Source: Selaginella moellendorffii
Taxonomy: Eukaryota; Plantae; Lycopodiophyta
DNA: 64,000 bases
Assembly: GCF_000143415.4 (NCBI RefSeq)
Contig: NW_003314401.1
Coordinates: 248,741-312,740 of the forward strand
Direction: 5' to 3'
This document shows, in pieces, positions 1 to 10,905 of the stretch. Both the position numbers and the translations under genes were made by a program. Every line of letters begins with the position of its first letter. The first letter of the stretch is position 1. Under the pieces are notes generated by a model, which did not search any database, was not told where the DNA came from, and saw nothing but the letters and a program-made list of their open reading frames with translations.

Positions 1-114
1 GTCAGGACTCGTTTCTGCCGCAGTATTACTGCATTCACCTGGTGGAAGAGGCCGGGCGAGAACGTCGACAACTAGCAGCAAGGAAAGAAACAAGAGGCTG
101 CAGCGAATACCCAT
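1..114 (-). CDS. 5' end of a probable secreted protein/peptide precursor (runs off window)
   Basis: ATG at 114 gives MGIRCSLLFLSLLLVVDVLARPLPP (signal-peptide-like); upstream (GA)n tract and TTTATAAA at 271-278. Confidence 0.45.
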   Translation of the reverse strand, partial: MGIRCSLLFLSLLLVVDVLARPLPPGECSNTAAETSPD

Positions 115-1743
115 GACTAGTAAGATTCAAACTACGGTTTCAAGAGATTGATCTTACAAAGCAGTATAGAGAGAGAGAGAGAGAGAGAGGAGAAAGCGAG
201 AAGAGAAGGAGGAACGCCCCGTGTAGTTAGCGAACGAAGAAGCAGCAAAACATCCATCCAAAATGCGCCCTTTATAAAGGGTGCATCCAGCCGTTGGAAG
301 GGGCAGGCTCTCCACCGTCGGATGGGCTAGTCGAACGTTGACTGGCGGCGGTCGCCCCGATCACCGACGGTCAGGAAGGACGGGGTAGGGAGCTTTCTTT
401 GCGTTTTGCGCTGGGCCTGCAATTCTTCGTCTCTCCTTCTTCTTTGTTCCGGAAGTTGGGCAGTTGACTTTGAGATTATCTGTCTGTCACAACTGGGAGC
501 TTGGGGATGGCTCATTGACTTTTCGCCGGTACATACGCCACACACAGCATCACCGATACGTATGCGCCCGCGTACACTGGCCAGGGATTGACATTTGCCT
601 GGGCTCAAGGGCGTACTCTCTAATCGCCCTCTCACACCTTCACATTGTCCGGCTAACCGGGGATCCATTTCCAGAACAGGTCCATTCCAGCTACAGGAGT
701 ATACGGGGATGGGAGCTCTTGTTTGAACAAAATCAAGGAAGAAAGTGATTTGATTTGCTTGTTTCAAAAGTCAGTCGAGTAAATGACGTGCTACAAAACA
801 GGTGGATATACTACATATGCCTGGGGTATTTGTAAGCAGATTGGCGGTTTTACAGGATTTGATTTAGAGGAGGGTTTATAAGTAAGTCCATTGTGGCCGT
901 GGCAATAAACTCAAGAGCTCCATTGTTGAGGTGTGTTTCGAAGAAGCCAGGTAGATACCTTTTAGTGTGCATAAGGAGCTGAAGCTCTTAGCTCAGATAG
1001 TAGGAGGATTGGCGCTACTAGAAAATGAGCTAGTGAAGACGTTTGGCAGCTGAGAATTAGGAATTCTTTGTAAATTTTTTATAAGGGAATGATGCTATGT
1101 ACATACAGACGCAAATCAAATTCAAGCTCAAGGAACAAAGTGTAAGTGAGTGTGTATACAAACAAATCACGAGTAATGTAGCTGCGTTCTCAGATTTTTA
1201 GTATACCTAATCCACATGTAATAATAAATATACGTTAAATTTTTACAAAAATCCTACAATATAGTGTTGCTATTAGAGTGTTTATTCTCGTACGATAGCT
1301 TGTCTTCGTTTCTATTCACCATAAATTCAGTTCTAAATTTAAATTATTTCTCATACTCACACCTTGAAATCTTCATACATATCTCTACTTCCATATTTAT
1401 TTTAAATTTTTTCATGTCCATGGTCTAAAAATAAGCATATAAACATTGTTACATTTTTTTTAATTCTGGTTCTAACTTTGATCTTGGGGCAAGTTTCAAG
1501 GCGCTCTAGCCTAGGTGCTTTCCAAGGCTGGGATAAATGGATGATCGGATCGCTCAGCCACTATGCAGCAAGGGAGCACAAGGCACGCGTGCATCCTAAA
1601 GGACCCAAAGGACTAACGATTTCTCACGTCATCATTCCTCGTGGTGCGTAGTGTTGACAATTCGCTGCTACTGCTGCTGCTTGTGTCATTCATGGAGCTT
1701 TTCACTTCTTTCCAGACGTGTCCTGCGTATGAAGTGATGGAAG

Positions 1744-3903
1744 ATGGCCAAGCTCCAAGTGTGTCCCATCCCAGACGATCCCAATTCCTACGCCGAGGCC
1801 TTCAAGCTGTGCACCAGGACAAAGAACCTCGCTGCCGGCCAACGCCTGCACTCGCTATTCGCACAAAGCCAGCACTGTGGGAACATCTACGTGTGCAACA
1901 TGATCGTGGAGATGTACAGCAAGTGTGGAAGCCTAGAAAACGCGAGAAAGGTCTTTGAGAGCTTGGCATGCCCCAACGTCTTCTCCTGGAACATTATTGT
2001 CTCTGCATATGCCCAACACGGGCATATGCTGGAGGCCGAGCTTTTATTCCAGAGAATGCCTCGTCGCGATCTTGTTTCTTGGGTGGTCATGGTGGTAGCC
2101 TACTCTCGGGAAGGAAGCTGCAAGAGCGCAAAAGAAAAATTCGACAAGATGCCAGAGAGAGATTTCATTGCATGGGTGGCTCTCATCTCTGTGTATGCTG
2201 CCTGCGGCCAGCTATATGAGGCAGTCACCCTCTTCAATCTGATGCCAGAGCGAAACCTGGTTGCGTGGAACGCCATGCTGCAAGCGTACTCTCAAAACAG
2301 CGATATTGCAGGAGTCAAGCTAACCTTCGATTCTATGCCACAGAGGGATGTTGTGTCGTGGACGACTATGGCTGCAGCGTATGCCCGGGAAGGGCAAGTG
2401 GACAAGGCAACAGTAGTGTTTGACGGCATGCCAGAGCGAAATGTGGTTTCCTGGAACGCAATGCTTGCTGCATATTCATCTCAGGAAGATGATCCAGAAT
2501 CGGGAGATATGACTCAGGTGAGGGAGCTGTTTGATGCGATGCCGGAGAAAAACTTGGTGTCGTGGACCAGCTTGATTGCAGCGTATGCCAGGTACGGACA
2601 TGTTGACAAGGCCCGCAAGGCATTTGATGCTATGCCGGAGACATGCGTTGCGGCTTGGAATGCGCTGATACAGGCATACGTTCGAGTTGGAGAGGTGGAA
2701 ATGGCTGTGAGAGTTTTCGAGAGCATGCCGCAGCAAGACATGGTGTCGTGGAACGCGATGATCGCAGCTCATTCCCAGCACGGCGACATGACAAGGGCGA
2801 AAGATCTCTTTGACAGAGCCCCTCGGCGGAACTTAAGGACGTGGAACACTATGATCACTGCCTACGCTCGGGAGGGCAATATTCGCGAGGCAGAGGCACT
2901 CCTCGACAAGATGCCGGAACAGGACGTGGTGACGAGGAGCAGCATGGTCGGCATGTACGCCGACGCTGGTGACTTAAGGGTGGCACGCCGTGCGTTTGAC
3001 AGCATGCCGCTGCGCAACCGGGTGGCGTGGAATGTGCTTGTCCAGGCCTACTCGCAGGCTGGCGACGTTGTTGCGGCCAAGGCGCTGTTTGACGAGATGC
3101 CGGAGAAGGACGTGGTCACCTGGAACGCGCTGCTTGCCGGGCATGCGCACAACGGGGATCTGGACACGGCACGAGAGTTGCTTCTGCAGGAGATGCCGGT
3201 GCGGGACGTGATATCGTGGAACTTTGTGATCCAGGCGTATGCCCAGAGCGAGCAAGGCGAGGAGGCATTGCAGCTGGTGCGGGCGATGGATATGGAGGGT
3301 TTTCAAGGTGACAGAGTGACGCTGGTGAGCGCCCTCGAGGCCTGCGCCAGCGTGAGGCTGGTGTCCCAGGGGAGAATCGTCCTCTCCAGCTTTGGAGACG
3401 CCTACGGATCGGAGCTCGTTACGGGCGACACGTTGGTGTCCAATGCCGTGATCAGCATGTATGGGAAGAGCAGCCATCTGAGGGAAGCAAGGGTGACGTT
3501 TGATAGGATGCCGGAACGAGACGTGGTGTCTTGGAGTGCTCTCATTGCCGCAAATGCCCACAACGGACAAGGCGCTGCGGCGGTGGAGGTTTTCAGTGCA
3601 ATGGGGGTGGAGGGCATCATTCCCGATCAAGTGACAATGCTGAGCGTCCTCTTCTCGTGCAGCCACGGGGGCCTGCTGGACAAGGGGATGCGCTACTTCA
3701 TGGGCCTGGCGAGTGACTATGGGATAAGCCACTCGAGCGAGCACTACCACTGCATGCTGGACGTGTTGGGGCGGGCGGGACGGAGCAAGGATGCTCGGGA
3801 GCTGCTGCTTACAATGCCGTTTCTTCCCGGTGGTGTGGCATGGACCACGCTGCTTGCAAACGAGCTCAACTCCGATCAACGACGAAGCCCCAGTCTCCCT
3901 TAG
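1744..3903 (+). CDS. PLS-class pentatricopeptide repeat protein, degenerate E domain, no DYW
   Basis: 719-aa intronless ORF of tandem ...FD.MP.RDVVSW..MI.AY motifs; ends HYHCMLDVLGRAGR...MPFLPGGVAWTTLL. Confidence 0.95.
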   Translation: MAKLQVCPIPDDPNSYAEAFKLCTRTKNLAAGQRLHSLFAQSQHCGNIYVCNMIVEMYSKCGSLENARKVFESLACPNVFSWNIIVSAYAQHGHMLEAELLFQRMPRRDLVSWVVMVVAYSREGSCKSAKEKFDKMPERDFIAWVALISVYAACGQLYEAVTLFNLMPERNLVAWNAMLQAYSQNSDIAGVKLTFDSMPQRDVVSWTTMAAAYAREGQVDKATVVFDGMPERNVVSWNAMLAAYSSQEDDPESGDMTQVRELFDAMPEKNLVSWTSLIAAYARYGHVDKARKAFDAMPETCVAAWNALIQAYVRVGEVEMAVRVFESMPQQDMVSWNAMIAAHSQHGDMTRAKDLFDRAPRRNLRTWNTMITAYAREGNIREAEALLDKMPEQDVVTRSSMVGMYADAGDLRVARRAFDSMPLRNRVAWNVLVQAYSQAGDVVAAKALFDEMPEKDVVTWNALLAGHAHNGDLDTARELLLQEMPVRDVISWNFVIQAYAQSEQGEEALQLVRAMDMEGFQGDRVTLVSALEACASVRLVSQGRIVLSSFGDAYGSELVTGDTLVSNAVISMYGKSSHLREARVTFDRMPERDVVSWSALIAANAHNGQGAAAVEVFSAMGVEGIIPDQVTMLSVLFSCSHGGLLDKGMRYFMGLASDYGISHSSEHYHCMLDVLGRAGRSKDARELLLTMPFLPGGVAWTTLLANELNSDQRRSPSLP

Positions 3904-5176
3904 GACCGGCTAAATCTATCGAGGGTGCTTTTCGATCGCGCCGACTTGAGCTTGATCCGCGCCTGCCTTCCGCCATGAGGGTCGCAGGGGGAGCCTTGCA
4001 GATGCGTCGGATTCATCCACCATCGAGAAAAGAAACGTATTCCATTCATCCATGCATTAATCAATGTTACTGGTTCTTTCGGATTAGGATTTGCGGAATT
4101 CCCTTCTCTACTACACAGCAACAAGATTGCGACATTCTTCCTCATAGGTGACCACTTTTTACCTCGCCTAGTCTTCGGCTAAACATCCATTCTTGCTGGT
4201 GGATAGTAGTTACAGTGATCGAGTATCAACCGGGCATCACAGCAGTAGAACGTGATCATCTTTCCTGGCCACTTTTCGGATGGACGGTGTTCTCATGGTG
4301 GAGGTGAGTAAATCTATAATGATAATGGATAATGGGAATAACGTCGATTTATCGTTGTCAAGAAGCTTACGCTGGCCAAAAATGTTGGTAATGGGATCGA
4401 ATCAGCCAGGAAAGGCTCGATGTTCAAGAACTCGAGATAGCATTTTCCACGCTTTGGATAATAAAATAGTGTTTAGTTTAGCACAAGTCTTCCTGGAAGA
4501 AGGCATGGATGGAGACCAGCCATCCACATTGGCGCAGCAGCTCGGCTTGGATCAAATAATGAATTCGCGCGCGGCTTTTTGACCAATCCTGTCCTGCTCG
4601 CGTACAGGCAGAGGAGAGAGCAGACAGCCAAGAGCCTCCCGTGACCCCTAACTCTGAAACAGTGACTAATAGCCGATTTCCTAGCTATAGGCCTCACTCG
4701 CCCCGTCGCGCGCCACTCTTTTCTCCTCTCCTCTTGCTTGTCTTCTCACCTATAAGCCTTGTAAGCTTTTGAAATGGTGACTGCTCAACTGGTGGGTGTT
4801 GTGTCAGGCGGTGGCAGCTAAAGTGTGAATTGAGTGTACATCCATGTTCTCGCGCGCTTGCGCCCATGTGCAATCAAGCCAGCCATTGCAAGCGGAGCGA
4901 AGCAAAGGAATGCTCGCTGCCAATCCATCCTTTTCACCATCCCTCGGCCAGCCAGAGCGCATCGCATATATACTACTTTACGGGGCCAAACAAAGATTCC
5001 AACGACTTGGTAAAGGCTGGCACCGCGCAATGGCAAAAAGAGAAAGAGAGCGCCGCTTCTCTTGTAGCAACAGAGCTCCTCCCACTCAACCACGCACTCG
5101 CATTGGACAGTGGCGCTCATAAAGCTTCCTGGCTGCTCGCACGACGGATAGATAGTTTATAAAGCCCCCAGAAGCG

Positions 5177-5207
5177 AAGAAGAAGAAGAAGAAGAAGAAG
5201 AAGAAGA
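5177..5207 (+). repeat. (GAA)n microsatellite upstream of PR-1
   Basis: Direct reading. Confidence 0.9.
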
Positions 5208-5307
5208 GGTAGGCATTTGAAGCAGGGTCGTCTCGGGCTCTAGACAGATAGATACATAGATACATAGATAGAGACAGACACTTACACTACGTACATACAT
5301 TCATGCT

Positions 5308-5832
5308 ATGAGATTCATGGTTGATCGAAGATACCACTGCGTGGTGGCCGTGTGCTACGTGCTGCATTGCTCGCTCCTGGCAGGCGCGAGCTACTGGCCG
5401 CCCCGATACAACGCATTCGTGGCGCAGTTCCTCTACGGCCAGAACCGAGCTCGCTACAGCGTGGGTGTTCCGCCGCTGGTGTGGGACAACCGGCTGGCAG
5501 CGTACGCGCAGTGGTGGGCAAACCAGAAGCAGGCGTCGGGCAACTGCTATCTCCAGCACTCGGGGGGTCCCTACGGCGAGAACATCTTTTGGGGGCGGGG
5601 CAAGCCGTGGAGCCCGTCCGAGGCCGTCGACGCCTGGGTGGACGAGCGCCGCTGGTATGACTACTACTCCAACTCGTGCCTCTTCAACGACGACTGTGGC
5701 CACTACACACAGATCGTGTGGAGAAGCTCAACGCGGGTGGGATGCGCAAGAGTCACCTGTGCCGACGGGGATGTGTTCATGATCTGCAACTACGATCCCC
5801 CAGGGAACTACATTGGCCAGAGGCCTTACTAG
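5308..5832 (+). CDS. PR1: Pathogenesis-related protein 1 (CAP/SCP family)
   Basis: Signal peptide, HSGGPYGENI, CGHYTQIVW, CNYDPPGNYIGQRPY; TATA at ~5157. Confidence 0.95.
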   Translation: MRFMVDRRYHCVVAVCYVLHCSLLAGASYWPPRYNAFVAQFLYGQNRARYSVGVPPLVWDNRLAAYAQWWANQKQASGNCYLQHSGGPYGENIFWGRGKPWSPSEAVDAWVDERRWYDYYSNSCLFNDDCGHYTQIVWRSSTRVGCARVTCADGDVFMICNYDPPGNYIGQRPY

Positions 5833-5960
5833 CTACCTCTCTCCAATTCTCATCTCGCGCGATCCACAGTCGCTCACTCAACTCTACACAGGGGGTGAGG
5901 GGTATTCACAAAAACCACCTATGTCTCTCTCTCTCTCTCTCTCTCTCTGAGTCTACTGTC

Positions 5961-8900
5961 TCACATCTTGAACTCCACCTTGCCCGTCACCACGATTGGC
6001 TGCCGAAGCACCACTCGAGTAGCTTGGCCCTCCGCAGCTAGCTTGCCCAGCGATCCTGCCTCCTTGGGTGGCGTGCCAGGAGCGGTCCATAACTGTGCGG
6101 AACGAAGGTCAGTCCAGTGAAATAAAGAGAATCAAAGAAAAGAAAAAAAAAACTCACCGTGACGTGCGGCATTGGGTTTTTGGAAGCCACGCTTTTGCTG
6201 TCTAGCTGAGCCTCGAAAGCACACATCCTTGGGCAGTACAAGAATGCTGTGAACTTAACCGGCACTTCCGTCCCAACGTATGCGCCATACTCCGCCACCG
6301 CTGCCGCACCGTGAGAGCGAACGTGCGCAAGTGTCACATGCCCGGCACGAAGGGTGTTGCTAAGATTCTTTGGAGCCAGAAACGCCTTTGCTCCGGCGTC
6401 TGCGCTCGATACCTGTAGCACAACCTGTGAATCCAAATTCGTCTCAAAACTTTAGGACACTTACCTTGGCCAGAGCGCTCAAAATGCCATCCACGGGTAA
6501 GGAGACCGCAGCGTAATTGAATGCACGAAACTTACGCTCCTGGGTATCTGGCATGTGAACTTGAACGTTGCCAGTAACCACATCACGAAGCTTCTCTCGA
6601 ACAGATTTGACAACATCTTCGAAGGGAACCTGCAAGCGCACCTCTGTCATGACTAAACTACTGTCAATCGAAAAAACGGTTTTACCTGAATGCCACTTAT
6701 GTGTGCCGAATGTGCAAGCATGGTGTCCTTCAGTTTTTTCTCCCATGCGTCCCACTCTCCCTTGAAGCTTCCCTTCGATGGATCCGCCCTGCGAAGCGGG
6801 AAACTTAGAATAACAACCACAAACCATCAGATGACTTACTTCCCATGCTTTGCGGCGTGTTTCCTGAACAGCTCAAGTCCTTCGTCGAGCACAGCTTTCA
6901 GAGGTCCCGGCAGAGGAGGTCTGGAATTCATGCGTCGTAACTCGCTTCCGGGAGAAATATAAAGGACAAGATTTTACCGATTCGGCTTCAACAAGGGAAA
7001 TTTGATCAGATAGCCAAACCGCTTGTGTAGCTCCGCGTCAAATTCACTTCGATCCTATACACAAAATTATCGTGCTAGTAAGGAAAGAAAACAAAATGAA
7101 GAAAAGAAAAGGATACAGACCATCCCATCGTACAGGTTGTAGAACATCATAAGCACATATCCAGGATATAGGGAGTTTTTGTCAAGGTTGCCCTGCGACA
7201 AACAGGCAGTAAAGAAAAAGCAGCGCCTCAACATACGAAAGCATACCGGATGCTTCTCTCGGTGAAGTACTCGGAAAATAAAAACAGCAAGGGCATCTAA
7301 AGAAAATGGATTTGAATCCGTGCCTGAAATAACCAGGATGATTAGAAGTTCCTCTGCTTATACAAGCCGTCAAACCTTCAGAGTCAGGAACTATGGGAAC
7401 CGCAGTGGCATCAGTTGACTTGCAAATATCGGTCACCTGAAACGGTGCTTGAGTAGTAGTACAGGCTAAAAGAAAATACTTACCAGCTTCCACACATCCG
7501 CAGTCGGAGCATTCTTATCAGCCAGAGTAATTACGTTTGGATTTTTCTTTCTTTCCTCTTCAAGCTTCGGCCAGTAACGTCCTGCAACGAGATGACGCTC
7601 AATATTGAGTCAGTCGCTCATAGCAACGCCATACCCTTTATCATGTCTCCCATTAAGCTTTTCATCGGTCTTTTATCACCGATGCCACCTGGAGTGCTGA
7701 TAATCTCATTGCAAAGTGCAGATTTTGCGCACCCAGGTATTCCTACAAAGAGAAAAGTTGACGATTAAGCGATCCACGATAAACGATAGTAAGCAAGTAC
7801 CAGGAAAAAACACGAGCAGCCCCTTAGCCTTGATGCCTTCATGGGAAATCGGCACATCCGGCGAAGCTCCAACGTCTTGTTTAAGATCACCTTCCTCGTC
7901 ATCACCTTCACGAGATGCAGCTAGGTGCGCCGCGGTGTCGATATCAGTACCAGCTTGACCAACCAGTAGCTGGTTCTTTGTACTGCGACTAGCAAAAGCT
8001 TTCAGAAACGGTTCGGCTTCTGAAAGATAGGACCCTTCTTTGAGCTTGCCAATCTTAATCTTTTGTGTGATGTGTGAAGCCCTGGAAAGCAAGAGGATGA
8101 GCAGCTGCAATCAGCGATTCTAACAAAATACCATTCATCCAACATCCTGGAAAGTTCTCGCTGCTTTTCCGCAGAAGTGCCCCAGATTTGCATTTGCCTG
8201 GCAAATAAACATAAGCTGAGCCCAAAACTTCGAATCCAAAGTACCTGAAATAATAGTCTTTATAACCCTGCTTCCCCTTATTAAACAGAATATCAATACC
8301 ATTACGAATAAGGAACGTACGAATCTGAAAGAGAGAAAAGACCATCCAGTTGAGGTTACCACATAAGAAGACAAGCAAAAAAGTGTTACCTTGTATGTCA
8401 AGAACTTCAATTTCACCATCAAGTGCTCAGCATCATCCGCCATTGCATCTTGGTCCAGGTGTCCCAAAGTCACTTCTTCCGTCTCATTAGAAGAAGAAGA
8501 ATTGTTTTGCGAGTCTCTGGTTAACATAACATCCACAAAGAAACCTGTAGAAACATATAAAAGTCAGATGTTATGAAGTTTCCTTGTTAAAAAAACCGGA
8601 CCTCTGTATAAAGGCCACAGGCTTGGATTGTACCTGCACAGAAATTATTAGAGAATGCGGCAGAAAGAAAATCACATACTGCATCTCCTTCTGATATCTT
8701 CTAAATACAGAGTCTTGTAGTACATGAATAGTCATTGTGAACTCGTTCTCCGAGCCTTGGCGAGACTGACATTTAAACTTCACCCGCATATTTTTTTGGC
8801 GTAGCAAGTTCACCATTTCCTGCCCATAGAAGTTTAGAGGCAGAACAAAAGAACATAGTGGTACCTGAAGTTTAGCTGTGGGATCATCCGCAGGAGGTGT

Positions 8901-10713
8901 TTGTAGAAATTTGTTTAGCCACGCTGTCTGAGCAGCATCTTTTTCCTTGTCAAACCATGCATTCCAGTCCGAGCAAAAGTCGGTGCCAACAGCCTTCAAA
9001 AGAGCCTTGCTTTGCTGAAAAATTGGACGACATGATCATTAGTCCGCACGTCAAGAGCTACCCTGTACCTCTTTCTCAGACTGCCTGTTTGCCATGCATA
9101 TTTCACGGAGACCAGGCGCAGTGTAAGCACCTGCAAGAGCTCGATCGTAAACATACCGATCAAAACTGAAGAAATACATTTACCAGGTGCATGATCTGGA
9201 ACAGGATATTTCTCAGCGACAAGCTTTAGCTTCTTGCCACTTTCAAAAGAAACGATACGAGCAACCAGTCCCTCCAGTATTTCCCCTTGCACTACGGCAT
9301 GACTTTCGGTGCCTACACCACAAGAAGGAAACATTCAAGAGAAACGCAAGTAGAGGAGCAACAAATACCTGGGACAGTCGCATCTGCAATTTTGTTGAAG
9401 TTGTCGCGGACAAGCGTATAAATGCTCTGCTCACATAAGACGTCGTAAGCCGCGAAACACGTTGAAGCGGACTTCCTGACGAGAAATTCATTCGCAATGA
9501 CAGATCAAGTAGATCGTAAACATACCTTGTGGAGAATAACCACACCTCATTCGTAGGAAGACGCCACTTCCTGCAGAATTCCACAAGATCGGGGGTAGAA
9601 AAAAATCTGGGACGGCCTGTAAGCTCTGTTACTGCTGTCACCACCACTGTTCATGTAACAAGGTAGAAGTCAGTGCCGTTGTTACAAGAATAACAGACAT
9701 CAGACCGTAATCTTTGAGAGGCCTTTGACCGTGATCACCAAGCACAGCCGTCACAAGTTCCATGGAGATTGAAATACGGTGTTCCTGGGAAATAAAAATC
9801 AGTTTGACATGATACCATTGGCAAAAACCCTGAGCAAACCTTAAGGTATGCATTGAATTCTCTCTGCTTGGCTTTGGCTTGATCGCCCCATGCTTGTTCG
9901 AGTGTTTTTCCCAGAACATACACACCAACAGCCGTATATCTGGCACAAACAAAAAACAAACTACGTGAAAACCACGCCAAGAGTAAACCGCCTTACAGAT
10001 TTCCATAGCTGTTTTTCGCGAAAGCCTGTCCATCACCAGCGTACATAAACAGGGATCCAGAATGTTTCAAGGTGACCTACACAACCCTGGATAAGCAAGC
10101 TTCTTTTCATTGCTCGGGAACTCACCTCCACAACACCTCTGCCGGAAGCCACCACCTCGATCATCCTACTTCGGATCTACCAAGACAATTCTATAAACCA
10201 AACGAGTAGAAAGACAAGGCAGTACCTCTTGATCGGACTTTTCATTCTCAAACTTGGGATAGAAGGTGGCCCGAACTTCCGACTTGACTTTGGTCTGGCC
10301 CTTTTTGGCGGGATAGGCCGTCTCGGTCATGGGCTCGGCCACGGCGGCCTGCGAGGAGGGACGCTGTTGCTGCGCAGATGTGGAGATTGTTGCCTTTGGC
10401 ACCCAGACAGTAGCACCGTCGCTGTCGGCGGTCTTGGCTTTTCGCCCGCGCTGTGAAGGCATCTTCCTCTTCATACAAACACAGGACTAGGTTAACCTAA
10501 ATGCCAAGGCATGCACAGCTTATATACCTCGTCACTCGCAATCACTTGCCATAGCTCACGCCGCGGCACCGATGGCAGGGACAGCGCCGGGAATCTGGCG
10601 CCGAATGGCACGCAATGCCTCCAGAGATGGGGGGCGAGAGTGGGAGAGTGGCAGAGCGGGGAGGAAGAGACACGGAAGAATGAGGAGATGCCCTTGCCTC
10701 GGACGCCTTTCAT
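5961..10713 (-). CDS. RNL: Plant tRNA ligase (ligase + kinase + cyclic phosphodiesterase), multi-exon
   Basis: RATFYPKFENEKSDQE, motif I VTLKHSGSLFMYAG (~10035-10076), kinase FFPG/IPGCAKS, two HVT motifs; last exon ...VVTGKVEFKM* with stop at 5961; upstream ATG 10713 gives a transit-peptide-like extension. Confidence 0.93.
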
Positions 10714-10905
10714 CGAAGCCCTATTCTTCTCCTAGCCAGGAAGACGAAGACGAGGAGAGAGAGCCCCTCCCTCCACACATTGCCAATCGCGAGACCTATG
10801 AGGGTTAGCCAGGGTTTAAGCGTCGGGGGAATATTCCGCTTTCTAGCGAAATGTCCCGATAGACGGGTTTAGGGCTTTTGGTTGCGAGAAGAGAAAGAGA
10901 GCGCG

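Noticed and set aside
2974-3879. 301-aa antisense ORF
   Set aside because: Shadow of the GC-rich PPR coding strand
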